A DNA stretch of 64,000 bases from the human T2T-CHM13v2.0 reference genome, Homo sapiens (GCF_009914755.1 NC_060929.1), one strand, 5' to 3'; counted from the first letter of the stretch, positions 1-23,842 are shown. Program-made: numbers and translations. Notes: generated from the sequence alone by a model not told the origin.

Positions 1-970
1 TTATTTAGAATAAGAGAAGATACCAAAAACTGACAAATACACAAGGGTGACAAAAATCTAGAAAAGTAACATAATTTAATTAATTAACTGTTTGAAATAC
101 CTCTATAGCACTTTTCTCGCCTATGTTTTTTTGGCTGCATAATTTTTTATCATATTTTTATATGAAAATAAGTTTGTAATATTATTTTCTCTAGAGAGAA
201 TAGAAAGATTATTTAATATTTCTTCTATTATGGTTGATTAAAATATATTTTATAATAGCTTAGTAAAGATTTGTTCCATTTCATTACTCATTGTTGATAA
301 TGTCATGTACTATTTAGGATTGTTGCTAAATTTTGGGACATCTGGCAATTTTCTTTTATATATGAACTATAAGATTTTAGGGCATTTCAAATTTTCTTGT
401 GTAGTAACTAATCTTAAATATTCTTTGAATTGATGACACTCATTTGCCAATTTATCATCAGTTGTCTTCATTGTCCTGGCATATTATGAGTTTTATGTTA
501 TCTGACAGAAGAGAAATTCCATTTTGACTAGGCATTGATGAGAATCATATCTTTTACTTGTTATTTTCTATGTCTGATGCTGAAAAGATTTTCCACAGAC
601 GCTTCTGGCTCCTTACCTATCAACCTTCCCCAACACAACCCACAAAATTCCAGTGCCGAACACCATAGAACACATTCACATCTCCAGTGACATCTGCCCT
701 TGCACCACTGTGTCGTGACACCATTCCCACAATAGAATAGCTATCCATAACTTGCCTATATGGGAAGTGCCTGTGATAAAGGTATCCCACCAACCCAGAT
801 AAAATATATCCCTTACTCATCTTATACTTAACGGAATCTCCAAATGTCCATAGCTTCTCTAGCACCACACAACATGATGAGAAGTGTGAAGGAGCAGATG
901 TTGAGATAGAAAGAGACAGCGATATTAACCCAATACAGTTAAAATAACTTACTTTTGTCAATTTTGCACA
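1..970 (-). mobile_element. hAT-Tip100 DNA transposon relic (Zaphod-like), decayed transposase C-terminus and subterminal region
   Basis: Minus strand of ~120-340 reads as a degenerate hAT dimerisation-domain C-terminus (NLATIL..YMTL..STIIEEILNNLSILSRENNIT..KNYAAKK). The segment at 910-965 (aaagagacagcgatattaacc...aaaataacttacttttg) resembles the Zaphod subterminal sequence. Confidence 0.65.
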
Positions 971-1134
971 TTTGCTGAATGAGTAGGTATAAGATGAGCG
1001 GCCCAGGTTGGCTCTCCTGGGAAGTGTACTCTGAGAAAAAATGCAGTGTGTTTATTAGCAAGTGCTCTTGGGGTTCTCAAAGCATGAAATTTCAACAAAT
1101 TTAGTTTAAAGATCGAATTTTCTTGATATACTTG

Positions 1135-1685
<551 letters not shown>

Positions 1686-2019
1686 AAACTTATTTCTTTT
1701 ATCTAACTGATAATTGGCTTTTATAAGTTTGCAATTTGTGAGTTGGGCAGCATCTCATCAGAAAATTTGGAAAGAGTGCTCTATTAGGCATGGCTACTTT
1801 TTATAAGGTATCTTGAACAGGAACAAAGAAACGGCATAATACAAAAAGTAGTTTGGTTAACATCAGGTTACTTCGGGTTACTTTTTTGCCTTGTAAGGGT
1901 TAAAGCAAAGGGGATTTCCTTCTCATGCCACTTTGAAAAACTGGCCTATTGGTGATTTGACTATTATCTCTCTCTCTCTCCTGATTTCTCAGAAGGTGAG
2001 GTAAACAGCTTAGTTTTGC

Positions 2020-5084
<3,065 letters not shown>

Positions 5085-5088
<4 letters not shown>

Positions 5089-5463
5089 AAATGCAATATA
5101 TATACACCATGGAATAGTAGTCAGCCATAAAAAGGAGCAAAATAATGGATTCACAGCCACCTGGATGGAGTTGGAGACCATTGTTCTAAGTGAAGTAATT
5201 TAGGAATGAAGAAACAAATATTGTATGTTCTCACTTGTAAGTGGGAGCTAAGCTATGAGGATGCAATTACATAAGAATTATACAATGGTATTTGAGAATT
5301 CAGGGAAAAGGGCGGGAGGGGTGTGAGGGATAAAAGAGTACATATTGGGTAGAGTGTACACTACTAAGGTGATGGGTGCATCATAATCTCAGAAATCACC
5401 ACTAAAGAACTTATCCATGTAACCAGAAACCACCTGTACCCCCAAACTATTGAAATTAAAAAA
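5085..5463 (+). mobile_element. L1PB 3' end
   Basis: gtgggagctaagctatgaggatgca...agaaatcaccactaaagaacttatccatgtaacc is the L1PB 3' UTR signature. Confidence 0.85.
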
Positions 5464-7577
5464 CCAAGGCTCAATAATCTGTTGCCCAAGGGAAACACAT
5501 TTCACCTATAAAAATATACAAAGACTGTAAAGAAATGGATGGAAAATGATATACCTTGGAGGAGAAAAGCAAAAAAAGACAGGTGTTTTGGAAGTAGAAA
5601 GCAAAAATAAAACAGTTACACTTATGTCAGACAAAATAGATATCAAGACAAAAACTATAAAAAGAGGCAAAGATTATTATATAATGATAAAAGGATCAAT
5701 TCAGCAAAATGATATAACAGTTGTAAATGTACCCAACATTGGAGTACCCAGATACCTAAAGCAAATATTCTTACAGCTAAAGAGAGAAATAAACCCCAAC
5801 ACGATAGTAGCTGGAGATTTTAGCATCCCACTTTCAGCATTGGACATATCATCCAGACAGAAAATTAACAATGGAAAATCAGACTTATCTGCTCTGTAGA
5901 GCAAAAAGGCCTAATAGATATTTACAGAACATTTCATCCAACAGCTGCAGAATATGCATTCTTCTCTTCAGCACATGGATCATTCTCAAGGATAGACATG
6001 TTAGGGCACAAAACAAGTCTTTAAAAATTCAAAAAAATTGACATTATATCAAGTATCCTCTCTGACCACAATGGAATGAAAGTAGAAATCAATAACGAGG
6101 AATTTTGGAAACTATACAAACACATGGCAATTAAACAATATGCTCCTGAATAACCAGTGGTTCAATGAGGAAATCAAGAAGAAAATTTTAAAAGTGATTG
6201 AAACAAATGTTAATGGAAACACAACATACAAAAACCATTGGACACAGTGAAAGCAGTACTAAGAGGAAGTTTATAACTATAATTAAGTACGCCAAAAAAG
6301 TAGGAAAACTTCAAATAAATAACCTAATGATGCATCTTAAACAATTAGAAAAGTAGGCACAGACTTAACCCAGAATAAGTAGAGGAAAAGAAATAGTGAA
6401 GATTAGCATAGAAATAAACATAATTGAAACAAATTAAATATACAAAAGATCAATGAAACAAAAAGTTGATTTTTTGAAAGTTTGAAACTGATAAAGCCTT
6501 AGCCAGATAAAGAAAAAAAGAGAGAATACCCAGATAAATACACCCAGAGATGAAAAAGGAGATACTGCAAATTGATATCACAGAAATTCAAAGAATCATT
6601 AGAGTCTACTATAAGCAACTTTATGCCGATAAATTTGAAAATCAAGAAGAAATGAACAAATTCCTAGACACATACAACTTACCAATATTGATTCAAGAAG
6701 AAATTTAAAACCTGAGCAGTCCAATAACAAGTAAGATCAAAGTCATAATAAAAAGTCTCTCAGCAAAGAAAAGCCCAGGACCTAATGGCTTCACTGCTGA
6801 TTTTTAACCAAACATTTAAAGAAGAAGTATTACAAACCCTACTCAAACCATTTCAAAAATTAGATGTGGAGAAAATACTTTCAAACTCATTCTATGAGGC
6901 GAGTATTACACTGATACCAAAACCAGAACAAGACATCCCATAAAAGACAATTACAGGCTGATATCCCTGATGAACATGGATGCAAAGATCCTCAACAGAA
7001 TACTAGCAAACCAAATTCAACAACACATTAAAAAGATCATCATTGTGACCAAGCGTGGTTTATCCCAGGGATGCAAGCATGGTTCAACATACACAAATCA
7101 ACAAATGTATTATATCATATCAACAGAATGAAGGACAAAAATCATATGATCATTTCAATTGATGCTGACCAAGCATTTGATAAAATGCAACATCCCTTCA
7201 TGATGAAAACCCTCAAAAAACTAGGGATAGAAGGAACATATCCCAACACAATAATAGTCATGTATGACAGACCCACAGCTAGTATAATGCTTAATGGGGA
7301 AAAACTAAAAGGCTTTCCTCTAACTTCTGGAAGAAGACAAGGATGCCCACATTCACTACTGTTATTCAACATAACATTGGAAGTCCTAGGTAGAGTAATC
7401 AGAGAAGAGGAATAAATAAAGAGCATTAAAATTAGAAAGGAAGAAGTAAAATTATCCTTGTTTGCAGATGGTATAATTTTATATTTTGAAAAACTTGAAG
7501 ACTCCATAAAAAGTTTATGAGCAATCATGAAGAAGTTTAGTAAAGTTGCAGCATACAAAATCAGTGTACAAAAATCA

Positions 7578-7935
<358 letters not shown>

Positions 7936-9503
7936 TTAATCCCATTTCCAATAATTACAAATGCAATAAAATACCTAAGAATTAGCTTAGGCAAAGAAGT
8001 AAAGCTTCTCTACAATTAAAACTAAAAACATTGATGCAAGAAATTGAAGAGGACACAAAAGATGGAAAGATATTCCATGTTCATGGATTGGAAGAATCAA
8101 TATTATTAAAATGTTCATACTATGCAAAGCAATCTACAGACTCAATACAATCACTATAAAAATACCAATGACATTCTTCACAAAAATAGAAAAACCAGTA
8201 TTAAAATTGATCTTGAGTCAAAAAAGACACAGAATAACAAAAGCTATCCTGAGCAAAAAGAACAAATCTGGAGGAATCCCATTACCTGACTTCAAATTAT
8301 ACTACAGAGCTATAGTAACAAAAACAGCATGGTACTAGCACAAAAACAGACACATAGACTAATGGAACAGAGAATCCAGAAATAAATCTACATACCTACA
8401 GTGAACTTATTCTTGACAAAGCTGCCAATAACATACATTGGGGAAAAGACAGTCTCTTCAATAAATGGTGCGGGGAAAACTGAATATCTATGCAGAAGAA
8501 CGAAACTTAATTCTCTCACTTTATACAAAAATCAAATCAAAATGGACCACAGACTTAAATCTAAGATCTCAAACTATGAAACTACTGTAAGAAAACATTG
8601 GGGAAACTCCAAGGACATTGGTCTGGGCAAGAAGTTCTTGAGTAATATTCCATATGCACAGGCAATCACAGCAAAAATGGACAAATGGGATCACATCAAG
8701 TTAAAAAGTTTCTGCACAGTAAAGGAAACAATCAACAAAGTGAAGTGACAACCCACAGAAAGGGAGAAAATATTTGCAAACTATCCATTTGACAAGGGGT
8801 TAATAACCAGAATATGTAAGGAGCTCAAATAACTCTATAGGAAAATATCTAATAATTTGATTAAAAAATGGGCAAAGGGTTTGAACAGATATTTCTCCAA
8901 AGAAGTCATAAAAATGGCAAACAGGCATATGAAAAGGTACTCAACATCATTAATCATCAGAGAAGTGCAAATCAAAATTACAATGAGATATCACCTCACC
9001 CCAATTGAAATGGCTGATTAGACAGGCAACACGAATGCTGGTGAAGATGTGGAGAAAAGGGAGCCCTCATACACTATTGGTGGCTATGTAAATTAGTATA
9101 AGCACTATGGAAAACAGTTTGGAGGTTCCCCAAAAACTAAGAATAGAGCTACTGTAGGATCTAGAAATCTCACTACTAGGTATATACCCAAAAGAAAGGA
9201 GATTAGTATACAGAAGGGATATCTGCACTCCCATGTTTATTGTAGCACTATTCACAATAGTGAAAATTTGGAAGCAGCTGAAGTGTTCATCAACAGACAA
9301 ATGGATAAAGAAAATATGGTATATATACACAATGGGGTAGTATTCAGTCATAAAAAAGAATGAGATGCTGTCATTTGCAGCAAGATGGATGGAACTGGAG
9401 GTTATTATGTTAAGTGAAATAAGACAGGAAAAGAAAGACAAACTTCATATATTCTCACTTATTTGTGGGAGGTAAAAACTAAAACAATTGAACTCATGGA
9501 GAT

Positions 9504-10623
9504 TGACATGGTTTGGCTCTGTGTCTCCACCCAAATCTCTTCTCCAATTGTAATCCCCATAATCCCCATGTGTCAGAGGAGGGACCAGGTGGGAAGTGAT
9601 TGGATCATGGGGGCAGTTTTCCCCATGGTGTTCTCAGGATAGTGAGTGAGTTCTCATGAGATCTGATAGTTTTATAAGGCAGTTTCCCTGCTCTTGCTCA
9701 CTTCCTCTCTTTTGCCTGCCACCATGTAAGATGTGCCTGCTTCCTCTTCCTCCATGATTGTGAGTTTTCTGAGGCCTCCCCAGCCATTCAGAACTGTGAG
9801 TCAACTAAACCTCTTTTCTTTATAAATTATCCAGTCTTAGTTATTTCTTTATAGCAGTGTGAAAACAAACTAATACAGTAAAATGGTACCAGAAGTGGGC
9901 ATTGCTATAAAGATACTCAAAAATGTGGAAGTGACTTTGGAACTGGGTAATAGGCAGAGGTTGAAACAGTTTGGAGGGCTCAGAAGAAGACAGGAAAATG
10001 AGGGAAAGTTTGGAACTTCCTAGAGACTTTTAAAGTGGTTGTGACCAAAATGCTGATAGTGATGTGGACAGTGAATTCCAGGCTGAGGAGGTCTCAAATG
10101 AAAATGAGGAACCTCTTGGGAACTGGAATGAAGGTCACTCTTGCTGTGCTTTAGCAAAGAGGCTGGTGGCATTGTGCTCCTGCTCTAAGGATCTGTGGAG
10201 CTTTGAACTTGAGAGAGATGATTTAGGGTATCTGGCAGAGAAATTTCTAAGCAGCAAAGCACTCAAGAGGTGACCTGGGTGCTCTTAAAAGTTATATACT
10301 CTCACAAAGAGATGGTTAGAAATTGGAACTTATGTTTAAAAGGGAAGCAGAGCATGCAAGTTTGGAAAATTTGCGACCTGGCAATGCAATAGAAAAGAAA
10401 AACCCATCTTCTGGGCAGAAATTCAAGCTGGCTGCAGAAATTTGCATAAGCAATGAGAAGCCAAACATTAATCACCAAGACAATGGGGAAAATGTCTGCA
10501 AGCCATGTCAAAGGTCTTCATGGCAGCGCCTCCTGTCACAGGCCCAGAGGCCTAGGAGGAAAAAAATGGTTTTGTGGGCTGGGCCTAGGACCTTGCTGCT
10601 TTGTGTGAAAATGAACTAATACA
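9504..10623 (+). mobile_element. THE1D-like MaLR: full 5' LTR (9504-9877), partial internal region, ~20 bp tip of 3' LTR
   Basis: LTR runs tgacatggtttggctctgtgtc...aactaataca, followed by THE1-int. 5 bp TSD GAGAT at 9499-9503 and 10624-10628. Confidence 0.9.
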
Positions 10624-11149
10624 GAGATGGTAGCACAATGGTTATTAGAGGCTGGGAATGGCAGTGGGGTGGGGAAAGTGGTGATGTTTAATGAGTGCAA
10701 AAATATAGTCAGATAGAATGAATCAGATCTAGAATTTGATAGCACAACAGGGTGACTACAGTCAACAAAAATTTATTGTACATTTAAAAATAACTAAAAG
10801 TATAATTGGATTGTTTGTAACACAAAGAAAGGAGAAATGCTTGAAGTGATGAATACCTCATTTACCCTGATGTGATTGTTATGCAGTGTATGCCTGTATC
10901 AATATGTTTCATATACCCCATAAATATATACATCTACTATGTAGTCACAAAAGTTTAAAGTTAAAAAAGGGAATTTTCTATATTTTCAGAAAATAAAATA
11001 TAAATAAATACAAGTGTCTACAACATTAAATACCTGCACTTTAAGTCTGTAGTTTGGCATTAATATTTCAAAAATTCCGGTTTCCTGTGTCTGGAGTGCT
11101 CTACAAGATAATGTACTTCTCCTCCCATCAGCATTATCACCAGCCCTTC

Positions 11150-13047
11150 AAAGGACATGCTCTCATTCTTTTTTATGGATGCATAGTACTCCAGGGTGTA
11201 TATGTACCACATTTTCCTTATTCAGTCTATGATTGGTGGGAATTCAGTTTAATTCCATGTCTTTGCCATTGTGAATAGAGCTGCAATGAATATATGTGTG
11301 CATGTGTCTTTGTAATAGAATGATTTCTATTCCCTTGGGTATATACCCAGTAATAGGATTGCTGAGTCTAATGGTATTTCTGTCTTCAGGTCTTTGAGGA
11401 ATCACTACAGTGTCTTCCACAGTGGCTGGACTAATTTACACTCCAACCAACAGTGTATAAGCATTCCTTCTTCTCCACAACCTTGCCAGCCTCTGTTAGT
11501 TTTTGACTTTTTAATAAAAGCCATTTTGACTGGTGTAAGATGGTATTTCATTGTGGTTTTGATTTGCATTTCTCTAATGATCAGTTATGTTGAGCTTTTT
11601 TTCATATGATTCGTGGCTGCATGAATGTCTTCTTCTGGAAAGTGTCTATTCATGTTCATTGCCCACTTTTTAAAGGGGTTCTTTGTAAATTTGTTTAAGT
11701 TCCTTATAGATGCTGGATATTAGATTTTTGTTAAATGCGTAGTTTGCAAAAATGTTCTCCCATTCTGTATGTCGTCTGTTTCCTCTGTTGATAGTTTCTT
11801 TTGCTGTGCAGAAGGTCTTTAGTTTAATTAGAGCCCATTTGTCATTTTTTGCTTTTGTTGCAATTGCTTTTGGCTTCTTCCTCATGAAAGCTTTTTGCCT
11901 GTGCCTATGTCCTGAATGGTATTGCCTAGGTTGTCTTCCAGGGTTGTTATAGTTTTGGGTTGTACATATAAGTCTTTAATCCATCTTGAGTTAATTTTTG
12001 TATATGGTGTAAGGAAGGGGTCCAGTTTCAATCTTCTGCATATGGATAGCCTGTTATCCCAGCACTATTTATTGAACAGGAAATCTTTTCCCCATTGCTT
12101 GTTTTTGTCAGGTTTTTTGAAGATCAGATAGTTGTAGGTGTGTAGTTTTATTTATGGATCCTCTATTCTGTTCCATTGGTTCATGTGTCAGTTTTTGTAC
12201 CAGTACCATGCTGTTTTTATTACTGTGGCCCTGTAGTATAGTTTGAAGTCAGGTAACATGATGCCTCAAGCTTTGTTCTTTTTGCTCAGGATTGCCTTGG
12301 CCATCTGGGCTCCTTTTTGGTTCCATATGAATTTTAAAATAATTTTTCCTAGTTCTGTGAAGAATGTGAATGGTAGTTTAACAGGCATGGCATTGAATCT
12401 ATAAATTGCTGTGGGCAGTAGAGCCATTTTAAGGATATTGATTCTTCCTACCCATGAGCATGGAATGTTTTTCCATTTGTTTGTGTAATGTCTGATTTCT
12501 TTGAGCAGTGTTTGTAGTTCTTCTTGTAGAGATCTTTTACCTCCCTAGTTAGCTGTATTCCTAGATGTTTTATTCTTTTTATGGCAGTTGTGAATGGGAG
12601 TTCATTCCTGATTTGGCTCTGGGCCTGACTGTTTTTGGTGTCCTGGGATTTTGCTGAACCTAAACTGTTGTTTGTATCCTGAGACTTTGCTGAAGTTGTT
12701 TATCAGCTCATAAAGATTTTGGGCTGAGACTATGGGGTTTTCTAGATATAGGATCATGTTGTCTACAAATAGGGATAGTTTGACTTCCTCTCTTCTTATT
12801 TGGATACGTTTATTTCTTTCTCTTGCCTGATTACTCCAGCCAGGACTTCCAATAGTATGTTGAATAGAAGTGGTGAGAGAGAGCATCCTTGATTTGTGCC
12901 AGTTTTCAAGGGGAATGCTTCCAGCTTTTTCCCATTCAGTATGATGTTGGCTGTGGGTTTGTCATAAATGGCTCTTATTATTTTTGAGGTATGTTCCTTC
13001 AATACCTAGTTTATTGGGAGTTTTTAACATGAATGGATGTTGGATTT
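11150..13047 (-). mobile_element. Older L1PA (about PA12-16) ORF2 3' part; its 5' continuation lies inverted at 23416-23842
   Basis: Minus-strand ORF2 fragments ([24 protein letters not shown]). Ends at the MLT2A1 junction that recurs at 24279. Confidence 0.9.
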
Positions 13048-13473
13048 TGTATTAGCCAGGGTTCCCTAGAGGGACAGAACTAATAGAATATATATATATA
13101 TCATATATATATGTATATATATGTGTGTATATATATATGTATATATATAATGTATATATATGTATATATAATGTATATATATATACACACACACACAAAT
13201 ATATATGTATATGAGAGTTTATTAAGTATTAACTTACATGATCATAAGGTCCCACAATAGGCTGTCTGTGAGCTTGAGGAGCAAGAAGAGCCAGTCCGAC
13301 TCTCAAAACTGAGGAACTTGGAGTCCGATGCTTGACGGCAGGAAGCATCCAACATGGGAGAAAGATGTAGGCTGGGAGACTAGGCCAGTCTTGCTTTTCA
13401 CATTTTTCTGCCTGCTTTATATTCACAGGCAGCTGATTGGATTACACCCACCAGATTAAGCGTGAATCTGCCT
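13048..13473 (-). mobile_element. MLT2A1 (ERVL) LTR, 3' two-thirds; inverted duplicate of 23962-24278
   Basis: tgtattagccagggttccctagagggacagaac...ccagattaagcgtgaatctgcct, with an expanded (TA)/(TG) tract at ~13088-13212. Confidence 0.9.
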
Positions 13474-13497
13474 CTAGAAAATGGTAGTTGGGTTAGC

Positions 13498-13500
<3 letters not shown>

Positions 13501-13553
<53 letters not shown>
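13501..13553. repeat. (CA)n microsatellite, ~26 units
   Basis: Perfect ACAC tract. Confidence 0.98.
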
Positions 13554-13554
<1 letters not shown>

Positions 13555-13703
13555 TTCTCAGATTCTATGGAAACCAAATATGGCCATTTGACAGCATTCT
13601 GGCCAAAAATATGTGAGTAGAGGTCTGATGGTGCAAATTCTTTCCTTTCTGCCTTCTTCCTGCCTGGACTGTGAACATGACCTAGAAGTATAAGCAGCCA
13701 CTT

Positions 13704-19875
<6,172 letters not shown>

Positions 19876-19877
<2 letters not shown>

Positions 19878-21439
19878 TGCACAGTGTTTTCAATTTGGTT
19901 CCATTCTTCCCATCACTTTCAGGTACACCAATCAGACGTAGATTTGGTCTTTTCACATAGTCCCATATTTCTTGGAGGCTTTGTTCTTTTCTTTTTACTC
20001 TTTTTTTTCTCTAAACTTCTGTTCTTGCTTCATTTCATTCATTTGATCTTCCATCACTGATACCCTTTCTTCCAGTTGATCAAATCAGCTACTGAAGCTT
20101 GTGCATTCATCATGTAGTTCTTGTGCCATGATTTTCAGCTCTATCAGGTCATTTAAGGACTTCTCTACACTGGTTATTCTAGTTAGCCATTCATCTAATG
20201 TTTTTTCAAGGTTTTTAAGTTCTTTGCTTTGTGTTTGAACTTCCTCCTTTAGCTTGGAGAAGTTGGATCATCTGAAGCCTTCTTCTCTCAACTCGTCAAA
20301 GTCATTCTCCATCCAACTTTGTTCCATTGCTGGCGAGGAGCTGCATTCCTTTGGAGGGGGAGAGGTGCTCTGATTTTTAGAATTTTCAGCTTTTTGCTCT
20401 GTTTTTTCCCCATCTTTGTGGTTTTATCTACCTTTGGTCTTTGATGACAGTGACCGACAGATGGGGTTTTATTGTGGATGTCCTTTCTATTCATTAGCTT
20501 TCTTCTAACAGTCAGGACCCTCAGCTGCAGGTCTTTTGGAGTTTCCTGGAGGTCCACTCCAGACCCTGTTTGCCTGGGTATCAGCAGTGGAGGCTGCAGA
20601 ATAGTGAATATTTCTGAACAGCATATGTTGCTGCCTGATCGTTCCTCTGGAAGCTTCATTTTAGAGGGGTACCCGGCCATGTGAGGTGTCAGTCTGCCCC
20701 TACTGGGGGGTGCCTCCCAGTTAGGCTACTCGGGGGTCAGGGACCAACTTGAGGAGGCAGTCTGTCCATTCTCAGATCTCAAACTCTGCTGGGAGAACCA
20801 CTACTCTCTTCAAAGCTGTCAGACAGGGACATTTAAGTCTGCAGTGGTTTCTGCTGCCTTTTGTTCAGCTATGCCCTGCCCCCAGAGGTGGAGTCTACAG
20901 AGGCAGGCAGGCCTCCATGAGCTGCAGTGGGCTCCACCCAGTTCGAGCTTCCCAGAGGCTTTGTTTACCTACTCAAGCCTCAACGATGGCGGGCGCCCCT
21001 CCCCCAGCCTCACTGCTGCCTTGCAGTTTGATCTCAGACTGCTGTGCTAGCAATGAGCAAGGCCCTGTGGGCATGAGACCCTCTGAGCCATGTGTGGGAT
21101 ATAATCTCCTGGTGTGCCGTTTGCTAAGACCATTGGAAAAGTGCAGTATTAGGGTGGGAGTGACCCGATTTTCCAGGTGCCATCTGTCACCCCTTCCCTT
21201 GGCTAGGAAAGGGAATTCCCTGACCCATTGCACTTCCTGGGTGAGGTGATGCCTTGCCCTGCTTCGGCTCACACTTGGTGGGCTGCACCCACTGTCCTGT
21301 CCCCACTGTTCAACGAGCCCCAGTGAGATGAACCCTGTACCTCAGTTGGAAATGCAGAAATCACCCATCTTCTCCATTGGTCACACTGGGAGCTGTAGGC
21401 TGGAGCTGTCCGTATTTGGCCATCTTGGAACTGCCCCCC
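19876..21439 (-). mobile_element. Second L1 5' UTR plus first half of ORF1 (L1PA5-like), fused upstream of the L1PA4-like element
   Basis: 5' end gggggcagttccaagatggcc. ORF1 ATG at 20413. One TSD, AAGCAGCCACTT (13692-13703 and 21440-21451), flanks the whole 7.7 kb composite. Confidence 0.93.
20986..21249 (+). CDS. Open L1 ORF0-like antisense ORF (87 aa) in the L1 5' UTR; expression unknown
   Basis: MAGAPPPASLLPCSLISDCCASNEQGPVGMRPSEPCVGYNLLVCRLLRPLEKCSIRVGVTRFSRCHL matches the L1 ORF0 N-terminus. Kozak context ACGATGG. Donor-like GG/GTGAGG at 21241. Confidence 0.5.
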   Translation: MAGAPPPASLLPCSLISDCCASNEQGPVGMRPSEPCVGYNLLVCRLLRPLEKCSIRVGVTRFSRCHLSPLPLARKGNSLTHCTSWVR

Positions 21440-21504
21440 AAGCAGCCACTTGTCAACCATGAGGATTAAAACCACAGGCCAAGAACTGTGGTAAAAAAGG
21501 AGTC

Positions 21505-21538
21505 TGTGTGTGTGTGTTTGTGTCTGTGTGTGTGTGTG
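21505..21538. repeat. Imperfect (TG)n microsatellite
   Basis: tgtgtgtgtgtgtttgtgtctgtgtgtgtgtgtg. Confidence 0.9.
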
Positions 21539-22422
21539 AAATTGTTTTGTAGCAAAAATAAATCTGTATCCATTTAAACCACAATGGTTTAGCTAAAGCC
21601 AAATGCCATCTCTACAAGGAGAAAAACATCTTTTCTCCTGAGGCTATGCGGCTCACCATTGGAGGTACAGCTGTGCCATGCAGACCATGAATGCCATTGG
21701 TCAGAGAGGCAATCCTGCAGAGGTGACAGGGACACTGGAGAGTAACAGTGTGACGAAGTGGGGCTTACCACATATGAGGCAGCACATCAGGTCCTCTCTG
21801 ACATATCTGGATATTTCTTAAGGAGGATAAATAAAGCCAGTGGATCTTGAGCCACCATAATTTGGTGTACATTTGGGTAACATAGTTCCCTTGCTGGCCC
21901 CTGGGATTGCCACTGTGGGAAGAGCAGAGTGAGATCAAGTAGAAACCACTCACTACACACCAAGCTAAGTCCAACTCAGTAGCTCTTTCCTCCCGCAGAT
22001 ACCTAAGGAAACAAGGTTGTTTCTCAAGGGGATTCTGACATTAAGACCAGGTTGCAGTCTGTGCAGGAGTAACAGTCCCTAGTCCTGGCCCACACCCTGA
22101 ACCCTCTGAACCATTTTCCCTCTTGGCTTGAGGGAAGAGGGACTCCTCTGTTATATCTTACTCTCTTCTCATATCTTTCATTTCAGCTTTTAAAACTTTT
22201 ATTTTGAACATCATGATGTATTGGGGAAAAAAAAAGCTTTTATGACATTATTTCAGATTTTATCTCCCTATGTTTGTTTTTAACCATGTTCAATGTATAG
22301 TTTCTTCCTACTTTTTATAACATGTTTTTACAAATGTTCCTATATTTCCCAACAATCAAGTTTTGGACTTACAGTGACATTGTGGAGCTCCACTTCATAT
22401 ATGTCTTATCTATCATATAGGA

Positions 22423-22628
22423 CAAGGGTCAGCAAACTCCAGTCCTCCTACCCCCTTGTTTTGGTAAACAGTTTTATCAGTTCACATCCTCACCCATTTG
22501 TTTACTTATTGCCTATGGCTGCTTTTGCATTACAACTGTAGAGATGAGTAGTTGCAAGAGACCAAATGGTCCCACAAAGTCTAAAATACTTATTATTGGC
22601 CTTTCACAGAAAAACGTGTCCACCACCA
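22423..22628. mobile_element. MER58A-like hAT-Charlie MITE
   Basis: caagggtcagcaaact...gcctatggctgcttt...gagtagttgcaagagacc...ggcctttcacagaaaa. Confidence 0.75.
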
Positions 22629-23842
22629 GTAAAGGCTGTCAAGTATTCTGAGTTAATATAAAATACCGGAATATCCAGACTCCAATTTGTATTGTTCATG
22701 TGCTAGCCATTTGGGGAAAATTATTAATCTACTTGTTTGGTGATTGTTTTTTGTCATATTTTCTGTAAAAAGATTTATGCTCTCACTCAATCCCTTCAAT
22801 TGCTACATGATATTGTAAATTGAGAACCTGATATTAAAATATAGTTAATTATTGGCAATATGCAATATGGCTTTCACATATAAGGCATAAGATAAATGTT
22901 AAACATAATCTATTTCAAATTTAGGATTTGTTGTATTTTTTGTGAATTATTACTATTAATATTGGTTTACTTTCAAATGCACTTTTTGTTTTGACAGGAG
23001 ACATCCTCCTAAATTATTTATATAAAATGTATTATCACTCTTTTGTTGAATCAGTGAACTAGATGACAGCTCAATTTAAGGCATACCAAAAAAAAAAAAA
23101 AAGCCTTTAGAAGAATCACTTGTGATTTTGGCAAAAAAAAAAATTATATTGTCTTTCAGAAGAGAGATCATGTGATATTAAATAAGAAAATGGTAAGAGA
23201 ATAAATAATTGTACAACAGTAACATTCCTGCTCACTGAAATGAGATGTTTTTCAATCAGCAGGAAATAAAACAAAACAGAGATGAAAATACATTTTCAAC
23301 CAATTCAAAGTAATGTTTCAAAATTTAGGAAGCCTAAAAACAGTGCCCCCAATATGTAATTGCCCATTCAGTAAGATGCAGAAAGGCTGCAGTGATTGTA
23401 TTAGTAGAAATTAGAACCTATCAACCAAAAAAAGGCCCAGGACCAGAAAGATTCACAGCTGAATTCTACCAGGTGTAGAAAGAAGAGCTGATACCATTCC
23501 TACAGAAACTATTCCAAAAAATTGAGGAGGGACTCCTCCCTAAGTCATTCTGAGGCCAGCATCATCGTGATACCAAAACATGACAGAGATACAACAAAAA
23601 AAGAAAACTTCAGACAAATATCCTTGATGAACATCAAGGCAAAAATCCTCAGCAAAATACTGGTAAGCTGAATCCAGCAACACATCAGAAAGCTTATACA
23701 CCATGATCATAAGCTTTATTCCTGGGATGCAAGGTTGGTTCAACATACACAAATTAATAAATGTGATTCATCACATAAACAGAACTAAAGACAGAAACTA
23801 ATGATTATCTCAATAAATGCAAGAAAGGTTTTTGATAAAATT

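Noticed and set aside
1700-2015. Probable ERV1-type LTR fragment; similar LTR-like stretches at ~13560-13700/21450-21600, 57600-58000 and 60640-61040
   Set aside because: Repeat-like, but I cannot assign family or boundaries reliably without a Dfam search.
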